Assembly (NCBI GenBank): GCA_003221005.1
Contig: QHTZ01000058.1
Coordinates: forward strand, 1 to 16,742
Length of the DNA: 16,742 bases
From: Gemmatimonadota bacterium
Lineage (GTDB): Bacteria > Gemmatimonadota > Gemmatimonadetes > Gemmatimonadales > GWC2-71-9
Direction of reading: 5' to 3'
The position numbers were made by a program, and so were the translations under genes. The notes under the pieces were generated by a model. The model searched no databases. It saw only the letters and a program-made list of their open reading frames with translations, and was not told the DNA's origin. Each line of letters opens with the position of its first letter. The first letter of the stretch is position 1. Positions 1-6,810 of the stretch are shown here, piece after piece.

Positions 1-111
1 GACGACGGCCCCGCACCGGAGGCAGCTCGGCCCGTCGCTAGGCGAGCCGGTAGGCGCCGGTGAGGAAGGGATTGTGGCGACGCTCGCGTCCGACGGTGGT
101 CTCGAGTCCAT
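1..111 (-). CDS. Possible 5' end of a small CxxC (zinc-ribbon-like) protein, running off the window
   Basis: Open frame from ATG at 111 to the window edge: MDSRPPSDASVATIPSSPAPTGSPSDGPSCLRCGAVV. The only support is the CLRC motif; it overlaps the MBL gene end by 74 nt and the start is uncertain. Confidence 0.25.
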   Translation of the reverse strand, partial: MDSRPPSDASVATIPSSPAPTGSPSDGPSCLRCGAVV

Positions 112-676
112 GGCCGCTGTACACGATGGTATCGTCGGGCAGACTGAGCAACTCCCGTTCGATACTCCGGATCAATGTGTCAAAGTCGCCGCCCGGAAGA
201 TCGGTGCGGCCGATCGATCCTTGGAAGAGCACATCCCCGACGAACACGGCCCCATGCCCCACGAAGGACACGCTGCCCGGAGAGTGCCCGGGCGTGTGGC
301 GGACCTGGAAGGTGAGGCCGCCCACGTGCACGGCGTCGCCGTGCGCCAGCGTCCGGTCGGGCGCCGGCAGCCGAGCGACGTCCATGCCGAACGCCACCCC
401 CTGCTCCTCGACGTGGTCGTACAGGCTCCGGTCCGCCGGATGCAGGAACACGGGCGCACCGGTCTCCTGCTTGAGGTGGGTCACCCCTACGACGTGGTCC
501 ACGTGCGCATGCGTCAACCAGATGGCGACGGGGCGCACGCCCAGCGCCGCGACCTTGTGTGCGATGAGATCCGTCGCTTCGCCGGGGTCGATGACCGCAC
601 ACTCACCGCTCGGCGGGTCTACCACGAGGTAGCAGTTTTCGAGGAAGCGACCGTTCGGGATCGCGACGACGTTCAC
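38..676 (-). CDS. MBL-fold metallo-hydrolase (glyoxalase II-like, YcbL/GloC type)
   Basis: THAHVDH (HxHxDH), HTPGHSPG, GDVLF, GRTDLPGGD, SGHG and terminal ERRHNPF motifs; GTG start overlaps the trxB stop (GTGA). Confidence 0.92.
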   Translation of the reverse strand: MNVVAIPNGRFLENCYLVVDPPSGECAVIDPGEATDLIAHKVAALGVRPVAIWLTHAHVDHVVGVTHLKQETGAPVFLHPADRSLYDHVEEQGVAFGMDVARLPAPDRTLAHGDAVHVGGLTFQVRHTPGHSPGSVSFVGHGAVFVGDVLFQGSIGRTDLPGGDFDTLIRSIERELLSLPDDTIVYSGHGLETTVGRERRHNPFLTGAYRLA

Positions 677-1683
677 GGGGCGACGGCTGCCTTCTCTTTC
701 TCGCGCAGGGCCGCGAGGTACTTCTCGACTGCGATCGCCGCGGTCGTGGCGTCACCCACAGCGGTCGTGATCTGGCGCGTGAGCTGGCTCCGGACGTCTC
801 CCGCCACGAACAGCCCCGGGATCGACGTCATCATGCGCTCATCGGTGACGAAGTAGCCCCCGGCGTCGTGCTTGAAGTGACCCTCCACCAGCTTCGTGTT
901 CGGCGTGAATCCAATGAAGATGAATACGCCCCCGACCTTGGGTCGGGAGTGCTTCCGCGTCGCGGTGTCTTCGAGCACCAGGTGATCGACACCCTTCTCG
1001 CCCCCGACGATTTCGAGGACCCGCTTGTTCCAGATCACCTCGATCTTAGGGTTCGCGAAGGCCCGCTCCTGGAGGATCTTGGACGCCCGTAGCTCGTCGC
1101 GCCGGTGCACGATGTACACCTTACTGGCGTAGCGGGTCAGGTAGTCCGCCTCCTCCACCGCAGCGTCGCCGCCGCCGATCACGGCCAGCACTTCGTCCTT
1201 GAAGAACGCTCCGTCGCACACCGCGCAGTAGGACACACCTTTGCCGGCGTACTCCTTCTCGCCGGGAACGCCAAGCTTCACCGGAGTCCCGCCGGCGGTG
1301 AGGATGACCGCGGGCGCGCGATGCACCCATCCCCGGGCCGTCACCACCTCGAAGGACCCGTCTGCGACCTTCCGGATACGATCCACCGTGTCCGTGACGA
1401 TCTCGGCGCCGAACTTCTTGGCGTGCTCGGTCATCTTCTGCGCGAGCTCCCACCCCTTGATGCTCTCGAAGCCGATGTAGTCTTCGATCAAGTCGGTATT
1501 GAGAAGCTCGCCGCCTGGCGCGCCGCGCTCGAGGAGGAGCGCTTTCAACATGCCGCGCCCGGCGTACATCGCGGCGCATAGCCCCGCGGGCCCCGCACCG
1601 ACGATGATGACGTCGTACTCGTCGGGGTGGACCTTGGCGGCGACGCTCTTGCCGATTTCACGATCCCGGTTGTGGTCGGTCAT
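673..1683 (-). CDS. trxB: Thioredoxin-disulfide reductase
   Basis: GAGPAG FAD motif, GVSYCAVCDG redox CxxC, GGGDAAVEEA and HRR NADPH motifs, TSIPGLFVAGD, RQITTAVGD. Confidence 0.95.
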   Translation of the reverse strand: MTDHNRDREIGKSVAAKVHPDEYDVIIVGAGPAGLCAAMYAGRGMLKALLLERGAPGGELLNTDLIEDYIGFESIKGWELAQKMTEHAKKFGAEIVTDTVDRIRKVADGSFEVVTARGWVHRAPAVILTAGGTPVKLGVPGEKEYAGKGVSYCAVCDGAFFKDEVLAVIGGGDAAVEEADYLTRYASKVYIVHRRDELRASKILQERAFANPKIEVIWNKRVLEIVGGEKGVDHLVLEDTATRKHSRPKVGGVFIFIGFTPNTKLVEGHFKHDAGGYFVTDERMMTSIPGLFVAGDVRSQLTRQITTAVGDATTAAIAVEKYLAALREKEKAAVAP

Positions 1684-2764
1684 CCGCTCGGAATTCCAAT
1701 CGCGGGGGATCCCCCTCCCCCGTCAGGGCCCGCGCCAACTGAGCGCGGAACGTCACCGTGTCAAATTCCACGTCGGGGCGTTGCGGCCCGCCTAATTTCG
1801 CGAGCGCGGCGCCGCCCACCACCTCGACGCCGTGGTCATTGCCACGCTCCCGGTGCAGCAACGCCGCGGCCGCCTGAATCAGCCCCTGCCACACAGCCGC
1901 CTCGTCTTCCCTAATAATAGAACGCCAGACTGTTTCCAAGGCTTCGTGGGCGAGCCAGTAGTCCCCGGCATTGAAGAGATCACGGGCATGCCGCAGGATC
2001 GCTGAACGCTCCGCTGGAGTCATGGGCGGTAACGGGCGGCCGTGGCAGCTCGAGACCGTCCCGATGAGCACGCTGGCCGGCTCCCCGCTCGCCCCTGCTG
2101 CCGCCACCAGCGCGTCCCCCGCGAGCACCGCGTCCACGGCGAAGGTGCCGACGCCGAACACGTGGTGGCGGCACACAAACAGTGCGGGGCCGCTCACCGG
2201 CTCGCCGGCGCCGCGCAACCGCCCCGCGAGTTCCGCCACCGCTTCGCTCATCTCCCAGGTGCGCGGCCGGCCGATCGCCGGGCACACCGCGGGCTCCACG
2301 CAGTGCGTTGGGCAGATCCAGTCGGCAAAGGAGACGTAGCGGGTGTGGTCGGGAGCGGGCGCGGCGCGATCGTAGGGCGTGCCGAGCGTGCCCGGCACCG
2401 GCGCGATCGCGACGGCGCGCGCCGGCCAGCGCGTCCGTGCACGCCGCACGACCCACTCGCACATGAGGTGCGGCATCAGGGGTGAGGGTACGATGTAGTC
2501 CTGGGGCTCGCCGGGGCGCGCCGGCGCAGCCTCCCCGAGGAACGCGTCGAAGTACGCCGTCCAGTCGCTCTCCACGAACGCGCGCTCCGGTGCCTCTCCC
2601 AGCTCGAGCCGTGCGCGGCAGCGCGGGTCGCGGTCCACCACGATCACCTTGCGGAACCGCGCTTTGCCCTTCGTCAGGGCCTTCGAGAGCTGAGCGGCGT
2701 AGAAGGTCCCGTAGCACCCTCCGCCGATCACGACGACGTCCCGCATCGTGACGACGTCGCTCAA
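1658..2764 (-). CDS. Hypothetical fusion: Rossmann-like Cys-rich domain (N-terminal) plus DUF309 domain (C-terminal, about 1658-2023)
   Basis: N-terminal VVVIGGGCYG...VIVVD dinucleotide-binding pattern, CPTHCVEPAVC and SSCHG; C-terminal LFNAGDYWLAHEALETVW...QGLIQAAAALLH matches the DUF309 pattern. Start is TTG 2764 (abuts the SDR stop) or ATG 2746. Confidence 0.75.
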   Translation of the reverse strand: MSDVVTMRDVVVIGGGCYGTFYAAQLSKALTKGKARFRKVIVVDRDPRCRARLELGEAPERAFVESDWTAYFDAFLGEAAPARPGEPQDYIVPSPLMPHLMCEWVVRRARTRWPARAVAIAPVPGTLGTPYDRAAPAPDHTRYVSFADWICPTHCVEPAVCPAIGRPRTWEMSEAVAELAGRLRGAGEPVSGPALFVCRHHVFGVGTFAVDAVLAGDALVAAAGASGEPASVLIGTVSSCHGRPLPPMTPAERSAILRHARDLFNAGDYWLAHEALETVWRSIIREDEAAVWQGLIQAAAALLHRERGNDHGVEVVGGAALAKLGGPQRPDVEFDTVTFRAQLARALTGEGDPPRLEFRADDRPQPGS

Positions 2765-3490
2765 CTAGGAGTCCCCGCCGGTAACGGGGAGGACCTCGCC
2801 CGACACCCCCTTAGCCTCGTCGCTCGCGAGGTACAGGACCGCCCGTACGAGGTCCTCGAGCTCCACCCAGCGCACGTTCTTGCTCTTCATCTGCGCGACG
2901 TTGTCTGCGGTGCGCATGGTGCCCGGAGCGACGGCGTTGACGCGCACCCCTCCGCTCTGGAACTCCCTGGCCAGGGCCCGTGTCAGGCCGGCGACTGCCG
3001 ACTTCGCGGCGATGTATGACGCCATCTGCGATTGCGGCCGGAGCACGGCGACGGACGCGAAGTTGACGATCGCCCCGCCGCCGCGCTCCAACAGCGCCGG
3101 GAGCGCGGCCTGCGAGACGTAGAACGTCGTCTTCACGTTGATGGCAAGCTCCCGCTCGAGCTGCTCCGGGGTGAGCTCGAGCGCCGAGCCGAAGTTCACC
3201 AGCCCGCCCGCCACGTTCACCACGACGTCGAGCCCCCCGAGCTGCTCCCGCGCCACGGCGACGGCCTGCCGCGCCGCCTCCGGCGTCGTCAGGTCGCCTG
3301 CCGAGGCGCGCACGTCGAAGCCCTGCGTGACGAACTCTTTCGCCCGGGTCGCGAGCCCGACCGCGTTCACGTCGGCGATCACGAGCTTCGCACCGGCCGC
3401 GGCGAACCCCAAGGCCACCGCGTGGCCGATCTGTCCCACGCGGGCAACGCCGGTGACGAGCGCGACCTTGCCGCGAAAATCAGGTGGCAC
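2765..3490 (-). CDS. SDR-family NAD(P)-dependent oxidoreductase
   Basis: GKVALVTG...IG, DVVVNVAG, IVNFAS, YIAAK (YxxxK), GVRVNAVAPG; GTG start overlaps the peroxiredoxin 3' end. Confidence 0.92.
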   Translation of the reverse strand: MPPDFRGKVALVTGVARVGQIGHAVALGFAAAGAKLVIADVNAVGLATRAKEFVTQGFDVRASAGDLTTPEAARQAVAVAREQLGGLDVVVNVAGGLVNFGSALELTPEQLERELAINVKTTFYVSQAALPALLERGGGAIVNFASVAVLRPQSQMASYIAAKSAVAGLTRALAREFQSGGVRVNAVAPGTMRTADNVAQMKSKNVRWVELEDLVRAVLYLASDEAKGVSGEVLPVTGGDS

Positions 3491-3938
3491 GGCCCGGCGG
3501 GTCGAGAGCCTCGACGATCACCTCGACGGGCGGCGCCCCGCGCGCGGCGAACGCCACCGTGCCATCGCGCGCGACCACGTACACCGAGCGCTGGATCCCC
3601 GTATCATCGTCCTTCAGGGCGTGATAGGCACGCGTGATCGCGCGCTCCGGATCGGACAGCAGCGGAAAGTTGAACTTCATCTTTTCGACGTAGCGCGCGT
3701 GGCTCTCGACCCCCGCCGGATTGACGCCGAAGGGCTGAATGCCTCGGGTGGTGAATGCTGCCAGCTCGTCGCGCACGGCGGAGAGTTGGCGGTTTCAGCC
3801 GGGAGTGTTGTTGCCAGGATAAAAGATGAGCGCGACGTGTCGCGTCTCGAGGACATCTGTCAGACGGTAGGTCTTGCCGTCGGACGCCGCCGCCGTGAAC
3901 GCCGGCGCCTTGCTGCCGACTTGGAGGAGCTCGCTCAT
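3480..3938 (-). CDS. Selenocysteine-containing peroxiredoxin (BCP/PrxQ, AhpC-TSA family), 152 aa, Sec at codon 48 (TGA 3795-3797)
   Basis: Reading through the TGA joins MSELLQVGSKAPAFT...LIFYPGNNTPG-U-NRQLSAVRDELAAF...FPLLSDPER...IQRSVYVVARDG in one frame. The TGA occupies the C of PxxxTxxC and the catalytic Arg is retained. The ATG overlaps the PHP stop (ATGA). Confidence 0.88.
3760..3790 (-). promoter_or_regulatory. Putative bacterial SECIS hairpin
   Basis: mRNA UGA-AACC-GCCAACUC-UC-CGC-[CGU]-GCG-C-GA-C-GAGCUGGC. Folded by hand: 7 of 8 bp in the lower stem, bulged upper stem, GU-containing apical loop starting after 17 nt downstream of the UGA. Confidence 0.65.
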
Positions 3939-4783
3939 CGCGTCGCGCTTCTCGCCGCCTCGTCGCGCCGTGCTTCCAGCCGTTCGAGCCATTCGAGCGG
4001 GATGTCGAGCCCGCCGAGCGGGGCGTGGGAATCGCCGAAGCGGGTGTCGCCGTGCCAATCCGAGCCGCCGCTGAGCGCGAGCCCGAGGCGTTCGGCGATC
4101 CGGGTGAGGCGGGCCTCGGTGGCGGAGGAGTGGCTCGGGTGGCGCACCTCGATCCCGTCGAGTCCCTGCTCCGCGAACTGCCGGATCTGTCCCTCCGTCC
4201 CGCGCTCGCCCAGATGCGCCGCCACCGCGACCCCACCGACCTCGTGAACCAGCTGGGTGACTCCCGCCAGCGTCGGCAGCGGCTTCTCGACGAACGCCGC
4301 GCGCCCCCGCCCGAGGAAGCGCTCGAACGCCTCGTTGATGTCGGCGCTCACGCCCCGCTCCACCAGCGCCCGCGCGACGTGCGGTCGCCCGACGGCGCCC
4401 CCGCCCGCCTGCTCTTCCACATCGGCGAGCGCGATTGCCACGCCCAGCTCCTGGAGCTTGCCCACCATCTGCTCGCCACGGCGCCGCCGAGCCTCCCGAG
4501 TCCCCGTGAGAAACGCCTGCAGCGCGGCATGGTCGGGGTCGAGGAAGTAGCCGAGCACGTGCAGCTCGCCCCACGGCGCTCGCGTGCTGAACTCGCAGCC
4601 GCATACCACCCGCACCCCGAGCGCGGCGCCTTCCCGCGCCGCTTCCGGCACGCCGGCCGTGGTGTCGTGATCGGTGAGAGCGATGGCGGTGAGGCCTGCC
4701 GCGTTGGCGCGGCGCGGCACCTCGGCGGGGAGGCATTCGCCGTCGGAGGCAGTCGAGTGACAATGCAGGTCAACGCGCGCCGT
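3935..4783 (-). CDS. PHP-domain phosphoesterase (TrpH/YciV-like)
   Basis: DLHCHSTASDG, ALTDHD, GCEFS, ELHVLGY, GRPHVA, DGIEV, GGSDWHG. Start placed at ACG 4781-4783, 6 nt after GGAGG; there is no nearby in-frame ATG/GTG/TTG upstream of the HxH motif. Confidence 0.85.
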   Translation of the reverse strand, partial: TARVDLHCHSTASDGECLPAEVPRRANAAGLTAIALTDHDTTAGVPEAAREGAALGVRVVCGCEFSTRAPWGELHVLGYFLDPDHAALQAFLTGTREARRRRGEQMVGKLQELGVAIALADVEEQAGGGAVGRPHVARALVERGVSADINEAFERFLGRGRAAFVEKPLPTLAGVTQLVHEVGGVAVAAHLGERGTEGQIRQFAEQGLDGIEVRHPSHSSATEARLTRIAERLGLALSGGSDWHGDTRFGDSHAPLGGLDIPLEWLERLEARRDEAARSATR

Positions 4784-5048
4784 ACGACGCCTCCGGTGAA
4801 GTCCAGGCGGGTTGTGAGGCCGCGAGCAGCTCGCGCCGTTGTCGCTCCGAGAGCTCGGCGAGCGCGGCGTCGCGGCTGCGGCTGCGGCTGCGGCTGCCGA
4901 GCGGCGCATAGCGCGTGAAGCGCCGCTTGCGCTCCGGTCCTGTCCCCTGCTGGAACACGAGGCCGAACTCGTCCTTCCCATACACCGTGACGCGTCCGGA
5001 CGGATAGACCTCCCACGTCTCGCCGTTCACCACGATCGTCCGTCTCAC
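4770..5048 (-). CDS. Hypothetical protein, 92 aa
   Basis: GTG start overlapping the upstream stop (GTGA); MRRTIVVNGETWEVYPSGRVTVYGKDEFGLVF...AWTSPEASYGAR has protein-like composition and fills the gap exactly. Confidence 0.75.
   Translation of the reverse strand: MRRTIVVNGETWEVYPSGRVTVYGKDEFGLVFQQGTGPERKRRFTRYAPLGSRSRSRSRDAALAELSERQRRELLAASQPAWTSPEASYGAR
4872..4897. repeat. Perfect hexamer tandem repeat (GCGGCT)x4 + GC, encoding (Ser-Arg)4
   Basis: Read directly from the sequence. Confidence 0.9.
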
Positions 5049-5359
5049 GCTTCCGTGGGCGCGGCGAGGGACACTTCGGTCCAGAGCTCCCAGGCATCGG
5101 GCGCATACGTCACGAGGCTCTGCAGGTGCGTTTCCAGCTTGATCTCCTCCGGGAGCCGCGAAGCCTGGGCGCGATGGGACATCTCCGTCGGGCTCTCGGA
5201 GAACTCGATGAAGAGCTGCGGGTCCTTGGCGTGCCGAAACACCCAGATGCGCTGCCCGCGCGCTTCGGCGTACTGACACAGCTCCCGCAGCGTCGCAAGA
5301 TAATCGGCCTCGCTCGCCGCGGGCACGCGCACCCGCGACGCCGTGAGCACTCGGGGCAT
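5045..5359 (-). CDS. Hypothetical protein, 104 aa (possibly dimeric alpha+beta barrel / ABM-like)
   Basis: ATG 2 nt after the E2 stop; MPRVLTASRVRVPAASEADYLATLRE...IWVFRHAKDPQLFIEFSE has a beta-alpha-beta-beta pattern. The fold call is inference. Confidence 0.75.
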   Translation of the reverse strand: MPRVLTASRVRVPAASEADYLATLRELCQYAEARGQRIWVFRHAKDPQLFIEFSESPTEMSHRAQASRLPEEIKLETHLQSLVTYAPDAWELWTEVSLAAPTEA

Positions 5360-5361
5360 GG

Positions 5362-6792
5362 TCAGACCGCTCCCTCCGGGAAGTCCTGAAGCAGCGCTTT
5401 CACGTCGGCCAGGAAGCGGTCGGCGTCGGCGCCGTCCACGACGCGGTGGTCGTACGACATCGAGAGCATGCCCATCGTCCGGATCGCGATGGTGTCGGTG
5501 CCGTCCGGCAGCGCGACGACCTTGGGCCGCTTCTCGATCGCGCCCACGCCCAGGATCGCCACCTGGGGTTGATTGATGATCGGCGCGCCGGCGAACGAGC
5601 CGAACACGCCCGGATTGGTGATCGTGAACGTGCCCCGCTGGATCTCCTCGGGGCTCAGCTTCTTGGTGCGTGCGCGCTCGCCGAGGTCGTTGATCGCGCG
5701 CGCCAGTCCGAGCAGCGACATCTCGTCTGCGCGCTTGACGACCGGCACGATCAACCCCCAGTCGAGCGCGACGGCGATGCCGATGTTCACGTCGCGCCGA
5801 TAGATGATGTTGTCTCCGGACACGGCGGCGTTCACCACGGCGTGCTGCCGCAGCTGCTCGGCGCACGCCTTGGCGATGAACGCGAGGTAGGTGAGGCTCA
5901 CGCCCCGCTCGGCGTAGGACGCTTTGTGCCGCTTCCGCAGCTCGGCGATCTTGCTGTAATCGACCTCGAAGAAGCTGGTCACGTGCGCCGACACGCGCCG
6001 CGACATGATCATGTGGTCGGCGGTGATCTTGCGGATCTTCGAGAACGGCTCGACCCGGTCCCCGGGCCAAGGCTCGACGACGGGATGTTCGACGGGACCA
6101 GGGGTCGGGACGGGGGACGCGGGACGGGGGACGGGGGCACCGGGGCGCGCAACGGTTCGCGCCGCGCCGCTCTCGATGAACCCGAGGACGTCCTGCTTCG
6201 TCACCCGCCCGGCGAACCCCGTTCCAGGAATCGTGGCGAGGTCCAGCTGATGCTCGGCCGCGATCTTGCGCACCAACGGGGTGGATTTCTTACGGAGCCG
6301 CTCCTCGGCGGTCTCGGGCCCATCGCCGCCCTTCCCCGCCGGGTCGGACGGAGGCGGGAGGGGACGGACAGGGGCGGACGGCGCCGGTCCGGCGGAGGGG
6401 GCGCCCCCCGCAGCGGCGGGCGCCCGCTGGGCTGCCGCGGAGGGGGGCGCCGCCGACGCCGGACCGGCGGGGGATGCCGACGCGGCGGGTGCCCGCTGGG
6501 CTGCTGCGGAGGGGGGCGCGGCCGCAGCTGCGGACGGCGCCACCGCTCCGGCGTCGGTTTCGATCACCGCAACCAGCGTCTGCACCGGAACCGTCTCCCC
6601 CTGCTGCACCTTGATCTCGGCCAGGACTCCCGCCGCGGGCGCCGGGATCTCGGCATCCACCTTGTCGGTCGAGATCTCGAACAGGGGCTCGTCGCGCTTA
6701 ACCGGGTCGCCGAGCTTCTTCAGCCACTTGCTCACCGTCCCCTCGGCGATGGATTCGCCCATCTGGGGCATGAGGACGTCAATGCGGGCCAT
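5362..6792 (-). CDS. 2-oxoacid dehydrogenase E2, dihydrolipoamide acyltransferase
   Basis: Lipoyl domain MPQMGESIAEGT...EISTDKV, Ala/Pro linker, peripheral subunit-binding domain STPLVRKIA...GTGFAGRVTKQD, catalytic GTFTITN and DHRVVDG. Confidence 0.95.
   Translation of the reverse strand: MARIDVLMPQMGESIAEGTVSKWLKKLGDPVKRDEPLFEISTDKVDAEIPAPAAGVLAEIKVQQGETVPVQTLVAVIETDAGAVAPSAAAAAPPSAAAQRAPAASASPAGPASAAPPSAAAQRAPAAAGGAPSAGPAPSAPVRPLPPPSDPAGKGGDGPETAEERLRKKSTPLVRKIAAEHQLDLATIPGTGFAGRVTKQDVLGFIESGAARTVARPGAPVPRPASPVPTPGPVEHPVVEPWPGDRVEPFSKIRKITADHMIMSRRVSAHVTSFFEVDYSKIAELRKRHKASYAERGVSLTYLAFIAKACAEQLRQHAVVNAAVSGDNIIYRRDVNIGIAVALDWGLIVPVVKRADEMSLLGLARAINDLGERARTKKLSPEEIQRGTFTITNPGVFGSFAGAPIINQPQVAILGVGAIEKRPKVVALPDGTDTIAIRTMGMLSMSYDHRVVDGADADRFLADVKALLQDFPEGAV
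6107..6134. repeat. Heptamer tandem array GGGACG(G/C) x4 in the E2 linker
   Basis: GGGACGG GGGACGC GGGACGG GGGACGG on the + strand. Confidence 0.85.
6413..6524. repeat. 43-bp direct repeat (6413-6455 and 6482-6524) encoding AAPPSAAAQRAPAA twice
   Basis: Three mismatches, all at third codon positions; offset 69 nt. Confidence 0.85.
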
Positions 6793-6810
6793 AAGAACTC
6801 CGTCGGACCG

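Noticed and set aside
1690-1715. Palindromes GGAATTCC and GGGGGATCCCCC upstream of trxB
   Set aside because: Short, inside coding sequence, with no loop or U-tract; compatible with chance.
3480-3776. 98-aa stand-alone ORF, or a peroxiredoxin pseudogene
   Set aside because: The fragment lacks the active site. The only lesion is a TGA exactly at the catalytic residue with a hairpin after it, which fits Sec better than decay, though a nonsense mutation is not formally excluded.
3795-3797. Genome-wide UGA reassignment (Trp/Gly) as the explanation for the in-frame TGA
   Set aside because: Many genes here end at TGA at their expected C-termini with ATGA/GTGA/TGATG coupling (trxB, PHP, E1alpha, ino1, cupredoxin), so UGA is normally a stop.
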